Numbered from the stretch's first letter, positions 49,017-58,937 are shown. The stretch: 64,000 bases of DNA from Oxalobacter sp. (GCA_003605115.1 QZKY01000016.1:109776-173775); one strand, 5' to 3'. The notes: generated by a model not told the origin, from the sequence alone. Numbers and translations are program-made.

Positions 49017-51620
49017 ATGCGTAACACAAACATGAACAGCAGCAAAATCAATCTGGATACTTTTTTGCCCCACATGCGTGACGTCAATCGCTGTGAACAG
49101 TCATTGCGCGAGTTGAGTTTGACCTGGCGGATGATCGAGGCTTCCGCCAAAATGAATTGCCCCGTCGAAGCACACGCCATCATCCCGACGATGGCGGCCA
49201 CCCGCGCAGGGTTTGATCGACTGGAACAAGAGTTGGTGAACAGTCTGGTACAGGAAAAAATTTCAAATGTGCTGGATGAAATTGGCACAAAAGCGCAAAA
49301 CGTGATTGACATTGTGGTGCGCAATTTATACGAGCGCACGGCCGATGTAGGTTTTTTGGCGACGGATCATGAGTTGTGTGCATACGTTGCGGGTTTGCAT
49401 GAGGATGCCGCAGCTATCCGAGAACGTTTGCAGGCTTATCGAAGAAAGTATACGGTGTACGATGAAATTTTATTGCTCGACACTTCGGGTAGCGTGCTGA
49501 TGCAAATCGATGACTACATGCAGGTCGAAGGCAGCAAGGACGCCTTGATCGCACAGACATTGATGGCGGATGATTATGTCGAGACTTTCCGTGCAACTGA
49601 CTTGCGTCCTGGTAAAAGAAAGGCGCTGATTTACTCACGAAAGATGCTGCATCCGGAAACAAACGAGGTTGTCGGGTTGTTGTGCTTGTCCTTCAATTTT
49701 GAGGAAGAGATGGCTGGCATTTTTCATTCGCACCGCGACCCGGCTGAACGTTCGAATATGTTGCTGCTAGATGGCAGCAATCGTGTGATTGCCAGTGCTG
49801 ATCCGTTATGGATGCCGCTTGGCGCACAAGTGCCGGTGAATCACGGGTCGACCCCTTTGCTGATGATGTTTGGCGGGAGAGAATATCTCGTACGTACCTT
49901 TTATACGGAAGGCTATCAAAACTATAAAGGCCCGCAAGGGTGGCAGGGGCAGGTGATGGTGCCGGTTGAAGTGGCCTTTATTGGCGCTGGCAGCAACGCA
50001 CTGTCAGGCATCGCACCGGAGGTGTCTGAAGGGTTGCTGTCCCATGCGCAAACGTTTTGTCCACCGCTTTATGCCATCATGAATGCAGCCGAGACAATAC
50101 GTCGTGTGGTGTGGAACGGGCAGGTCATGACGGCCGGACAGCAAGGCGATATGCTGAAACTGAAGACCGTGCTAGATCAAATCAGCGAAACCGGTGAGCG
50201 TAGTGACGAACTTTTCTCCCACTCCATTCGTGATCTTTATGAGACCGTCATTGGTTCCAGTATGCGCGATGCCGAGTTTGCGTCACACTTGCTGGTGGAT
50301 TTGCTGGATCGCAATTTGTACGAACGCGCCAACGATTGCCGCTGGTGGGCGTTGACACCTGCTCTGCGGGCGTTGCTCGCTTCGGACAACCGCAATAACG
50401 GGGCGGTGGATGAGGCGAGTGCGATTCTGAGTTACATCAATCAGTTGTATACGGTTTACACGCGTTTGTTCATCTATGATCGCAGTGGGCGCATCATCGC
50501 CAGCACGCATCCAGCTAGCAGGCAGGACATGTCTGATACCCATGCGCTCATGCTGGGAAAAGGCCACCAGGTCGGTGCTTCGATTGTCGGCTCCAACATC
50601 GATGAGTCGACGCTGCAATCCGTACTGGCACTGCGCACTGAACAAGACTATTACGTGACGCCTTTTGCAACGAACACACTGTATGAAGGTCGGCACACTT
50701 ATGTTTATCATGCTGCGATACGTCACCCTGACAGTGCATCCGTGGTCGGCGGCATAGGTATTGTGTTTGATGCCGAACCGGAATTTGAAGCCATGTTGCG
50801 TGGTGGTTTGGGCGATCGTTCAGGTGTCAACGCGTTTTTTATTGATCGTGGCGGCAGCATTATTTCAAGCACTGATCCTTCTCGGACGGTCGGCAGCAAG
50901 CTAGAAATCGATCCAGATTTATTGGCGATGCCAAACGATCAAAGTGCTTCACGCATCGTGTTGCACGACGGGCATTATGCGGTGATGGGTTGTACGGTGT
51001 CGAGCGGGTATCGGGAATTCAAGGTCTCCGATGCCTATGATGATGACGTGATTGCAGTTGTTTTCAAGAACTTCGGCGAAATTCGGAAGACGAACGCCGC
51101 TGGACAACGCCGGCATGAGTCAGTTCTGGTGGAAGAACATGGCCGACGCGAACCAGGAATTGAATTCGCCACCTTCTTTATCGACGACGACCTGTATGCC
51201 TTGCCTGCTGACAGCGTCAGGGAGGCCTTCCCCGGCTCGCACATCACCATCATGTCGATGGGTGAGCGCGCAGAATGCGTGGGCATGCTGGCTTTGCCGA
51301 ATGAAGTGATTTGGGTATTCGATCTGGGACATCTGATCCGCGGGACACAGTCCGTTATCGACAGCACCAGCCAAGTGTTGGTAGTGCAATATGGTGGATA
51401 CAAGGTGGGATTGTTGGTCACAGAATTGCATGGCGTGCCGGAATTCAGCGCGGCTCAAATCGTCCCGACGCCGCTGGCGCAATTGACAGATGGCATGCTC
51501 GTGCCAAGCGTTATCAAGGCAAACAACGGACGTCTGTTAATTCAAGCTATCGATATCATCTGCCTATTCAATCTCATGATGGTAGGGCAGGTTATTTCTG
51601 AACGGGAGAAAATCGGTTGA
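49017..51620 (+). CDS. soluble protein with two tandem ~330-aa sensor (Cache/PDC-like) modules and a C-terminal CheW-like domain
   Basis: Internal duplication: NLYERTADVGFLATD (aa ~103) versus NLYERANDCRWWALT (aa ~433), with matching downstream blocks (YTVYDEILLLDTSGSVL / YTVYTRLFIYDRSGRII; LLLDGSNRVIASADP / FFIDRGGSIISSTDP). The C-terminus is CheW-like (FATFFIDDDLYALPADSVREAF ... VGLLVTELHGV). No TM helix is evident. Confidence 0.7.
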   Translation: MRNTNMNSSKINLDTFLPHMRDVNRCEQSLRELSLTWRMIEASAKMNCPVEAHAIIPTMAATRAGFDRLEQELVNSLVQEKISNVLDEIGTKAQNVIDIVVRNLYERTADVGFLATDHELCAYVAGLHEDAAAIRERLQAYRRKYTVYDEILLLDTSGSVLMQIDDYMQVEGSKDALIAQTLMADDYVETFRATDLRPGKRKALIYSRKMLHPETNEVVGLLCLSFNFEEEMAGIFHSHRDPAERSNMLLLDGSNRVIASADPLWMPLGAQVPVNHGSTPLLMMFGGREYLVRTFYTEGYQNYKGPQGWQGQVMVPVEVAFIGAGSNALSGIAPEVSEGLLSHAQTFCPPLYAIMNAAETIRRVVWNGQVMTAGQQGDMLKLKTVLDQISETGERSDELFSHSIRDLYETVIGSSMRDAEFASHLLVDLLDRNLYERANDCRWWALTPALRALLASDNRNNGAVDEASAILSYINQLYTVYTRLFIYDRSGRIIASTHPASRQDMSDTHALMLGKGHQVGASIVGSNIDESTLQSVLALRTEQDYYVTPFATNTLYEGRHTYVYHAAIRHPDSASVVGGIGIVFDAEPEFEAMLRGGLGDRSGVNAFFIDRGGSIISSTDPSRTVGSKLEIDPDLLAMPNDQSASRIVLHDGHYAVMGCTVSSGYREFKVSDAYDDDVIAVVFKNFGEIRKTNAAGQRRHESVLVEEHGRREPGIEFATFFIDDDLYALPADSVREAFPGSHITIMSMGERAECVGMLALPNEVIWVFDLGHLIRGTQSVIDSTSQVLVVQYGGYKVGLLVTELHGVPEFSAAQIVPTPLAQLTDGMLVPSVIKANNGRLLIQAIDIICLFNLMMVGQVISEREKIG

Positions 51621-51706
51621 GTTGATTGCCTGTTGCCGAACGACTGCGATTGTGGCATAAAGACGGTGCGATTGATGCTGTTTTTTATGTTGACGGATGC
51701 TAATGG

Positions 51707-52201
51707 GTGGTTCGGGTGAAACGGAAATCTTATTATTCTCATATATTGCTGGACGATGTGGCAAAGGAAAAGCTGATTGCCGTGATGATGTATGGGAATA
51801 ACAAGGCGCAGTCGATGGGGTTTTTCCGCACGGCGATTGGTTTGTATTACCTCTCCAAGATCATGGTTGAGGATGAGCTCGACTTCAGGGCAATCGACAA
51901 GGCATTCAACCGGTTTATCTTTAAGGTCATCGGTCGTGGACACAGCATTACCAGCATTTTACAATTCCTGGGCAGCAAAAAAGTGTTGTGGGTGCTCGAT
52001 TCGAAATCCTTCGTCCCCACCTTCCTGAATTATTTTTCGGACATCTCATTTTCGAAAATGCAGATCCTGCTCACGGTGAACCTGAACGTTTCGAAAAAAA
52101 TCTCCAAGCTGTCGATTGATGGGCCATTGAAAGACTGGTTGATCAAGCAAAGCAGTGCCGAGGCACTGCAGTCGCTTCAGGATAATACGGAAGTGAAATA
52201 G
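51707..52201 (+). CDS. hypothetical protein, lower-GC orphan (possible N-terminal ribbon-helix-helix)
   Basis: 164-aa ORF (GTG start per the track) with no recognisable family. The N-terminus SHILLDDVAKEKLIAVMMYGNNKAQSMGFFRTAIGLYYLSK fits a strand-helix-turn-helix RHH pattern. Confidence 0.4.
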   Translation: MVRVKRKSYYSHILLDDVAKEKLIAVMMYGNNKAQSMGFFRTAIGLYYLSKIMVEDELDFRAIDKAFNRFIFKVIGRGHSITSILQFLGSKKVLWVLDSKSFVPTFLNYFSDISFSKMQILLTVNLNVSKKISKLSIDGPLKDWLIKQSSAEALQSLQDNTEVK

Positions 52202-52224
52202 CGCGGAACGGTTGTTCAGTACTT

Positions 52225-53883
52225 CTACATGTTGGGATAATTCGGCCCACCCCCACCTTCCGGCGCAATCCAGACGATGTTTTGTTTCGGATCCTTGATG
52301 TCGCAGGTTTTGCAGTGCACGCAGTTGGATGCGTTGATTTGCAGACGATTCTGGCCGTCCGCGCCTTTCACAAACTCATATACGCCCGCTGGACAATAGC
52401 GGGCTTCCAGTCCTGCATAAAGAGCGAGGTTCACGCTGACGGGGATTGTTGCATCTTTCAGCGTCAGGTGGCTCGGTTGATCTTCCTCGTGCATCGTGTT
52501 TGACAGATATACGGAGGACATCAAATCGAAGGTCAGTTGATTGTCTGGTTTGGGATAAGCAATCGGTTGGCATTCGGAAGCAGGACGCGTGGTTTCGTGG
52601 TCGGCGCGGCTGCGATGCAGCGTCCACGGCGCGCGACCGCGCAACAGGACTTGATCAATGCCGACCAGGAGCGAACCAAGTTTCGTCCCCGCGCTCATCA
52701 AGGGTTTGAAGTTGCGGCCGCGATAAAGCTCTTCATGCAACCATGATTGCTTGAAGCGTTCGGTGTAGCCTGTCAGCGTGTCGTTCGCGCGCTCGGCGGT
52801 GAGCGCGTCGAAGACGGCTTCGGCAGTCAGTATGCCGGACTGCATCGCAGTGTGAATGCCTTTCATGCGACTGCCGTTCATGAATCCGGCTTCACAACCG
52901 ATCAATGCACCACCGGGGAAAGCCAGTTCGGGCAGGGCTTGCAGACCGCCAGCTGCCACTACGCGTGCGCCGTAGGCAATGCGTTTGCCGCCTTCCAGAT
53001 GTTTGCGGATGGCTGGATGGGTTTTGAAACATTGAAATGCTTCGAACGGCGAGAGATAGGGATTTTGATACGAGAGGCCGACGAAGTAACCGATGGCGAT
53101 TTGATTATTTGCCAGGTGATATAGAAAGGATCCGCCATACGTCTTGTCGTCGAGCGGCCAGCCAAGCGAATGCAATGCCAGACCCGGACGATGTTGCGCG
53201 CCGGGTATTTCCCACAATTCCTTGATGCCAAGACTGTAAGCTTGCGGATCACGTCCTGCATCCAGTTGGTATTGTTTAATCAGTGTCCTTCCCAGATGGC
53301 CGCGCGCGCCTTCCGCGAAGAGGGTGTATTTGGCGTGGACTTCCATACCCAACTGAAAAGACGCCTTCGGCGTGCCATCGTGCCCAATGCCCATGTTGCC
53401 GGTGGCGACGCCTTTCACTGAACCATCGTTGTGATACAGGACTTCTGCTGCTGCAAAGCCGGGGAAAATGTCCACGCCCAGTGCTTCCGCTTCTTGTCCC
53501 AGCCAGCGCGTCAGTTCACCCAGCGAGGCCATGTAGTTGCCGTGATTGCGGAAAACGCCAGGCAGCGCCCAATTGGGGGTGCGCATGGCAGCGTTCTGGG
53601 TCAAAAAGAGAAAGTGGTCTTCGGTTACGGGCACCGTGAGCGGCGCACCGCGTGATTGCCAGTCCGGAAATAATGCCGTGAGTGCGACAGGGTCAACGAT
53701 GGCACCGGAAAGAATGTGTGCCCCGACTGCTGCGCCTTTTTCCAGTACGCAAATCGAAATGTCTTTGCTGGCGTGTGCAGCCATTTGCTTCAACTTGATG
53801 GCGGCAGAAAGTCCGGCTGCGCCTGCACCGACCACAAGCACATCGTATTCCATCGATTCGCGAGAGCCCCAATGCTGTGTCAT
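52225..53883 (-). CDS. electron transfer flavoprotein-ubiquinone oxidoreductase
   Basis: RESMEYDVLVVGAGAAGLSAA FAD fold and a C-terminal 4Fe-4S motif CVHCKTCDIKDP. ATG 53883 was chosen. Confidence 0.9.
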   Translation of the reverse strand: MTQHWGSRESMEYDVLVVGAGAAGLSAAIKLKQMAAHASKDISICVLEKGAAVGAHILSGAIVDPVALTALFPDWQSRGAPLTVPVTEDHFLFLTQNAAMRTPNWALPGVFRNHGNYMASLGELTRWLGQEAEALGVDIFPGFAAAEVLYHNDGSVKGVATGNMGIGHDGTPKASFQLGMEVHAKYTLFAEGARGHLGRTLIKQYQLDAGRDPQAYSLGIKELWEIPGAQHRPGLALHSLGWPLDDKTYGGSFLYHLANNQIAIGYFVGLSYQNPYLSPFEAFQCFKTHPAIRKHLEGGKRIAYGARVVAAGGLQALPELAFPGGALIGCEAGFMNGSRMKGIHTAMQSGILTAEAVFDALTAERANDTLTGYTERFKQSWLHEELYRGRNFKPLMSAGTKLGSLLVGIDQVLLRGRAPWTLHRSRADHETTRPASECQPIAYPKPDNQLTFDLMSSVYLSNTMHEEDQPSHLTLKDATIPVSVNLALYAGLEARYCPAGVYEFVKGADGQNRLQINASNCVHCKTCDIKDPKQNIVWIAPEGGGGPNYPNM

Positions 53884-54117
53884 TTTTATCCAATGTGCGG
53901 TGTTGTTTTGGGTGAAGGCGTAATGATAGCGTTTCTGGCAAAGATTGCAGTGGGTCGACATCCCGGTGTTTTGTAGGGATATGACAGCAGGAGGCGAAGA
54001 TAAAAAGCCTTTTCAAGGAAGGCTTGTTCGCCTGGGTTCGGGATATACTGCGCAACAGGAGCCGAAGCCCATTCCTCGGGGTGCGGCATTGGTATGACAC
54101 GATCGGGTGGGTATGTT

Positions 54118-54525
54118 ATGAAGAAAGAAAAAAGACTGGTCTATGTGGCGAACATTCCCATACGTTGGGGCGATATGGATGCCATGGGACATGTCAACAA
54201 TACGGTCTATTTCCGATTCATGGAACAGGCGCGGATCGAATGGTATACCGAGCTGGGGCGTGTGCGGGAGCAAGGCGTGATAGAAGCGGTGCTGGCCAGT
54301 GTGCATTGCACCTTCTTTCGTCCGCTGCATTATCCGGGTATGGTCGAAGTGCGCACTTACGCTGGTTCGCCGGGGCGCTCCAGTTTCGAAATTAGCCAGG
54401 AAATCCGTCGCACCGACGATCCTGATACGATTTATGCGGCAGGTGGCGCACGGGTAGTGTGGGTCGATCATCAAACCGGCAAGTCTGTGCCGATACCGGA
54501 GGAAGTGCGCGCCCTGATTGTTTGA
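54118..54525 (+). CDS. acyl-CoA thioesterase (YbgC/4HBT family)
   Basis: IRWGDMDAMGHVNNTVYFRFMEQARIEW hot-dog catalytic block. Confidence 0.8.
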   Translation: MKKEKRLVYVANIPIRWGDMDAMGHVNNTVYFRFMEQARIEWYTELGRVREQGVIEAVLASVHCTFFRPLHYPGMVEVRTYAGSPGRSSFEISQEIRRTDDPDTIYAAGGARVVWVDHQTGKSVPIPEEVRALIV

Positions 54526-54549
54526 TGGGATTGATGGTGAGGAGGCGAC

Positions 54550-55299
54550 ATGAAACCAGTGAAGTCTTTATCCAGTAAATGTCTGATGGGGTGTTTGTTT
54601 GGTTTGTTGCTTCTGGCGGGTTGCAAGGGCGAGTCGTCCAAACCTGCCAAGAGCGCTGCGGCAGCAGTCAAGGCTTCCGCAGAGGCTTCGGTGGCAGCTT
54701 CATTAGCCGCTTCTGTCGCACCGGCAGTGGGTGTCGCGCTACCGCCGCCAAAAACCACGGGCGGCAAACCACTGATGCAAGCACTCAGCGAACGTCGCAC
54801 GGTACGCGAATACGATAGCAAGATGCTGTCGCCGCAAACGATGTCGAATCTATTGTGGGCTGCTTTCGGCGTCAACCGTCCGAAAGAAAAAGGACGCACC
54901 GCGCCTTCTGCGCATGACGTACAAGAGATCAGCATTTACGTCGTTACCGAAAAGGGCGTCTCTTTATACGATCCTTTCGCCAATCGCCTTGTACACGTCA
55001 GCAATCAGGATATTCGCGCCTTGACCGGCAAGCAGGATTTTGTCATAACCGCGTCGGTGAATCTGGTGTATGTGTCGGATCACATCAAGTTGGCTGATGA
55101 CCCCGAGGAATACCGCAGATTTTATTCAGCAACTGATACGGGTTTTATCAGTCAGAATGTTTATCTGTTTTGCGCATCCGAAGGATTGGTGACCATGGTG
55201 CGCGCGTACATCGATCTTCCCGCACTGTCCAAGGCGCTGGGGCTGAAGAAAAATCAGCACATCATCCTGGCGCAGTCGGTAGGGTATCCCAAAAAATAA
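54550..55299 (+). CDS. nitroreductase/SagB-like family lipoprotein
   Basis: Lipobox LLLAGC, an A/S-rich linker, then a nitroreductase-fold block RRTVREYDSKMLSPQTMSNLLWAAFGVNRP. Confidence 0.65.
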   Translation: MKPVKSLSSKCLMGCLFGLLLLAGCKGESSKPAKSAAAAVKASAEASVAASLAASVAPAVGVALPPPKTTGGKPLMQALSERRTVREYDSKMLSPQTMSNLLWAAFGVNRPKEKGRTAPSAHDVQEISIYVVTEKGVSLYDPFANRLVHVSNQDIRALTGKQDFVITASVNLVYVSDHIKLADDPEEYRRFYSATDTGFISQNVYLFCASEGLVTMVRAYIDLPALSKALGLKKNQHIILAQSVGYPKK

Positions 55300-55346
55300 T
55301 GAGGGTCAGAGTCAAATGACGCATTTGACTCGCCCCCCCAATTTTA
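55291..55346. repeat. REP-like palindromic element, family 1 (short-loop variant)
   Basis: AAAAAATAATGAGGGTCAGAGTCAAATGACGCATTTGACTCGCCCCCCCAATTTTA, lying between convergent genes. Confidence 0.6.
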
Positions 55347-56501
55347 TTGACTCAAGCCCCGCGCATCCACTTTCCAAATACATTCCACGACGTTTTTGCG
55401 GAAGCCGATGAACTGGTCATATAAATTCACCGTCGGATCGCAATGACCGGGAATCAGCAGAATTCTTTCCCCCAGACGGTCATGCCTATCGACATTCAAT
55501 ATTTCCAGAATGCCGTGCTCGTCGTTCGCTGCGATGTATTGAAGCGTGTGTGGCGCATGCACCATCGGCATGCCGGAATCGACCGCCAGTCCCTTGAGAC
55601 CTACGTCGCAAACGGCACGGCCTTCACGTGCGGTGCTCATGATCGTGGTCGCGATGAAAAGGGCATTTTGAAATTGCAAGTCGCCATGCCACTCCAGTGA
55701 TCCATAGTGCTTGTCCATGAATGCATAGGAACCTGGTTGCAGTTCAGTGTAAACGCCACTTGCTGCATCAAATTCGGCACACCCCGTTCCACTGCCCGTG
55801 ACGGTGGCGCAACGTACGCCGCGTGTGTCCAGGTATCGTACGTAGGCTGCGGTTGCATCGGCAGCGCGTTGCGCAGCGGCTTTGCGGTCATTCCAGGAAG
55901 CGTTATGTTGCGCACCGCCATGGTATGCCTGAATGCCGCCGAAGTGCAGCATGTCATATGCTGCGATGCTGGAAACTAAATGCATCAGGTCGTCAGGCGT
56001 GGATACGCCGCATCGACCCTGGCCGATATCTACCTCCGGCAAAACGGTCAGACGGTTGCCGGAGGCTTTGGCCGCTTCACCGAGTGCGGTGATTTGTGCA
56101 GGGTGATCCACGCAGACGGTGAGATCAATGTACCGCGACAATTCAATCGCCATGGCCACTTTATCTGCGCCTACGAACTGGTTGCTGATCAGGATATTGC
56201 GCACACCCGCCGCAGCAAATGGGTAAGCTTCCGAGAGCTTCTGGCAGCAGATGCCGATGGCACCGCGCGCAATTTGCGCCTCCGCAATGGCGACTGATTT
56301 ATGCGCTTTGGCGTGCGGGCGCAACTTGATCTTGTGACGCGCCGCCCAATCAGCCATGCCTTGCAGGTTGGATTCAAACGCATCCAGATCCAGCAGCATC
56401 GCGGGCGTGGCGACGGTGCTCAGGGGGCGACCAATTTCGACAGGTGCAGGCGGTCTCAGTGTGCTCGGTATGTTTTGCAAGAAAGTCTCCATTGTGGGCA
56501 A
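55344..56501 (-). CDS. DSD1-family PLP-dependent enzyme (D-serine/D-threo-3-hydroxyaspartate dehydratase-like, alanine racemase N-terminal fold)
   Basis: LRPHAKAHKSVAIA PLP-lysine region and a C-terminal beta domain with HCDPTVNLYD. Confidence 0.7.
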   Translation of the reverse strand: MPTMETFLQNIPSTLRPPAPVEIGRPLSTVATPAMLLDLDAFESNLQGMADWAARHKIKLRPHAKAHKSVAIAEAQIARGAIGICCQKLSEAYPFAAAGVRNILISNQFVGADKVAMAIELSRYIDLTVCVDHPAQITALGEAAKASGNRLTVLPEVDIGQGRCGVSTPDDLMHLVSSIAAYDMLHFGGIQAYHGGAQHNASWNDRKAAAQRAADATAAYVRYLDTRGVRCATVTGSGTGCAEFDAASGVYTELQPGSYAFMDKHYGSLEWHGDLQFQNALFIATTIMSTAREGRAVCDVGLKGLAVDSGMPMVHAPHTLQYIAANDEHGILEILNVDRHDRLGERILLIPGHCDPTVNLYDQFIGFRKNVVECIWKVDARGLSQ

Positions 56502-56743
56502 GTGTGGCTGATTTGCTAGTTATTTGTGCGTTTTCTCAACGCAACATTTTGAATTCTAAAGAAAGATAAGCTGACAAGTCAGCATTATCTGCATGGGTCA
56601 GACAAAAGATGCCTTTGAAGCAATAAAAATGCCAAATAAAAAATTGCCCCATGGAAATGTGCGTGTAATAATGTGCCGAGAAGATAGGCAGAGGGGCGGC
56701 TCATCTATGAGTGATGTCCAACAATAAGGGCGAATAGGGCTGC

Positions 56744-56987
56744 ATGCGCACAATACCTCGTTCATCGGCATTTACGGGTGTGTTCCTCTCCAGGCTGCTC
56801 GCCCTGATATGTGGCGCCTGTTTTTTCCTTTCCGGCGCCTTTGCGCAAACAAAACCGGTTTCCATCGAAAGAGTTGAACAGCAGTGATGACATAAAACGC
56901 GCTATTGCAGAAAACAAGGAAGCTATTGGATACATAGAAGTCGAGGCTATCGACGCCAGCCTAAAGGCTGTATTGGTAGTGCCCTAA
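56744..56987 (+). pseudogene. relic of a periplasmic substrate-binding protein gene (signal peptide fused out of frame to a C-terminal fragment)
   Basis: ATG 56744 encodes MRTIPRSSAFTGVFLSRLLALICGACFFLSGAFA/QTKPVSIERVEQQ and then TGATGA. A shifted frame continues SDDIKRAIAENKEAIGYIEVEAIDASLKAVLVVP*, a typical C-terminus of PstS-like PBP domains (..AIGY..). Confidence 0.4.
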
Positions 56988-57002
56988 GAGAATAATTGAA
57001 AG

Positions 57003-58937
57003 ATGAAGAAATTCTTGCCAGATTCCGCTCGCAAAAAAACACTTTTGCTTTTGGCAGAAGCGCATGTCATGTTTCAAGTGGCTGCGATTCTGATCCTGGC
57101 TATATTTTGGGTGGGGATCATTCAGTTGGTGCGGTACGAAGACATAGACGGCGAAAAAAAGGCGATCGAGACCTCACGCGAGCTCGTCGATATGTATGAG
57201 TCCCATATGATGCGCAACTTGGGATTTATCGATCAGACGCTCAAAGTAGTGAAATATGCCTACGAGCAGCGGGGCAGCGCGGGTGTGCTGGCAGCCTTGG
57301 AAAAAAGGGAAATACTGCCGCCCAAGTTGGTTTTCACCGTCAGCATTCTTAACCGTGCAGGCGACGTGGTCGCCAGTACCGCAAAGACGCGACAGCCTTC
57401 CATGGCCGGGCAGGCGTTTTTCCACACGCACACCCGAGGCGATTCAGTCAGGCCAAGCATTAACCTGGTCAAAGATGAATCGATGGGGCGGAGGATTCAG
57501 TTTAGCCGACGACTTAATACCGCGAATGGCGCATTTAACGGCGTGGTCATGGTTTCCGTCGAACCGGATTTTTTTACCAGCGACTATGATCCTGCAGCGT
57601 ATGGTCAGCAAGGCTTGATGGGCATGGTCGGAACCAATGGCGTGTATTGGGCAAAGCGAACCGGGGATCAGGTCGTGGCAGGGGAACCGGCATTCAAGAT
57701 CATGACGGATCTCAGTGTGGTTGAAGATCAAAAGAATCCCTTGCCGGAGCTGCATTTCGTAGACAACGTCAAGCGCTTCGCGAGCGCAAAGCGATTGCAC
57801 GGGTATCCATTAGCGATTGTTGTTGGACTATCCACGTCAGAACAAATGGCGGCGGCCAAGGCAAAAAAAGAAACCTATCTGTGGGCGGCAGGCATCATCA
57901 GCAGCTTGTTCGCGGCGCTTGCCATTTTTGTGACGCGCCTGCTTGTGCAATTGAATCTAAGCCAGAAGCGTTCACGGAAAAATCAAGAAACTTATTACGC
58001 AGCGTCCGAGGCCAGCAGCGACGGCATTTATGTGTTGCGCGCACTAAAAGATCAGGCGGGTATGGTGACTGATTTTGTCATCGATGATTTAAACCAGCGT
58101 GGCGCCGCGCTGCTTGGAAAGTTCAAGGAAGATTTGATTGGTCAGAAAATCAGCGACCAGATGCCGCAGAGCCGAAACAATGGCTTGCTGGAAGCCTTGC
58201 TTGAGGTGTACAAAACCGGCGAGAAACACGAATCCGAGTGGAAGAAAAGCATACCCGCGCTGGGTATTGAGTGGATGCATCGCGAAATAGTGCGTGTGGA
58301 AGAGGGTGTGGTGGCGGTGACTCGCGACATTACCGATCGTAAGCGTACGGAAGAGCGTATCACGCACATGGCGCATCACGACACGCTTACCGGCTTGCCG
58401 AACCGCAGCCTGCTGAATGAAAGGCTGCAACAGGCGATTTTGCGTGCCAAGCGTGACAATCGTCATGTGACGGTGGCCTTCGTGGATCTGGATAATTTCA
58501 AACCCATTAACGACACGCTCGGGCATCGCGTGGGCGATGAATTGTTGAAGACGCTGGCTGCCCGCATGAGTCAATGCGTACGCCAGACAGATTCAATCAT
58601 TCGGCTTGGTGGCGATGAATTTCTGATTATTCTCGGTGACCAACCGGATGACCATGGCGTGTTGACACAAACCCTACAAAGAATCAGGACATCCATTACC
58701 CAGCCGATATACTTCGAAGGGAACAAGCTCATGGTGACTTCCAGCATGGGCTTGGCGCGCTATCCTGAAGACGCGGAAGATACCGCTACGCTCGTACAAA
58801 AAGCGGATACGGCGATGTATTATGCGAAAATGTCGGGGCGCGATACGTATCAATACTACACAGAGGGCATGAAGATGCATGGCGAGCTGGGGGCTGTCGC
58901 GAGCCAAGACGAGGGGACAGACGAAAAGAAAGCGTGA
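57003..58937 (+). CDS. sensor diguanylate cyclase (TM - periplasmic Cache-like domain - TM - PAS - GGDEF)
   Basis: Two TM segments flank a ~250-aa periplasmic domain. A PAS region follows (SSDGIYVLRAL...). The GGDEF domain has RLGGDEFLIIL and the RxxD I-site RQTD. Confidence 0.85.
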   Translation: MKKFLPDSARKKTLLLLAEAHVMFQVAAILILAIFWVGIIQLVRYEDIDGEKKAIETSRELVDMYESHMMRNLGFIDQTLKVVKYAYEQRGSAGVLAALEKREILPPKLVFTVSILNRAGDVVASTAKTRQPSMAGQAFFHTHTRGDSVRPSINLVKDESMGRRIQFSRRLNTANGAFNGVVMVSVEPDFFTSDYDPAAYGQQGLMGMVGTNGVYWAKRTGDQVVAGEPAFKIMTDLSVVEDQKNPLPELHFVDNVKRFASAKRLHGYPLAIVVGLSTSEQMAAAKAKKETYLWAAGIISSLFAALAIFVTRLLVQLNLSQKRSRKNQETYYAASEASSDGIYVLRALKDQAGMVTDFVIDDLNQRGAALLGKFKEDLIGQKISDQMPQSRNNGLLEALLEVYKTGEKHESEWKKSIPALGIEWMHREIVRVEEGVVAVTRDITDRKRTEERITHMAHHDTLTGLPNRSLLNERLQQAILRAKRDNRHVTVAFVDLDNFKPINDTLGHRVGDELLKTLAARMSQCVRQTDSIIRLGGDEFLIILGDQPDDHGVLTQTLQRIRTSITQPIYFEGNKLMVTSSMGLARYPEDAEDTATLVQKADTAMYYAKMSGRDTYQYYTEGMKMHGELGAVASQDEGTDEKKA

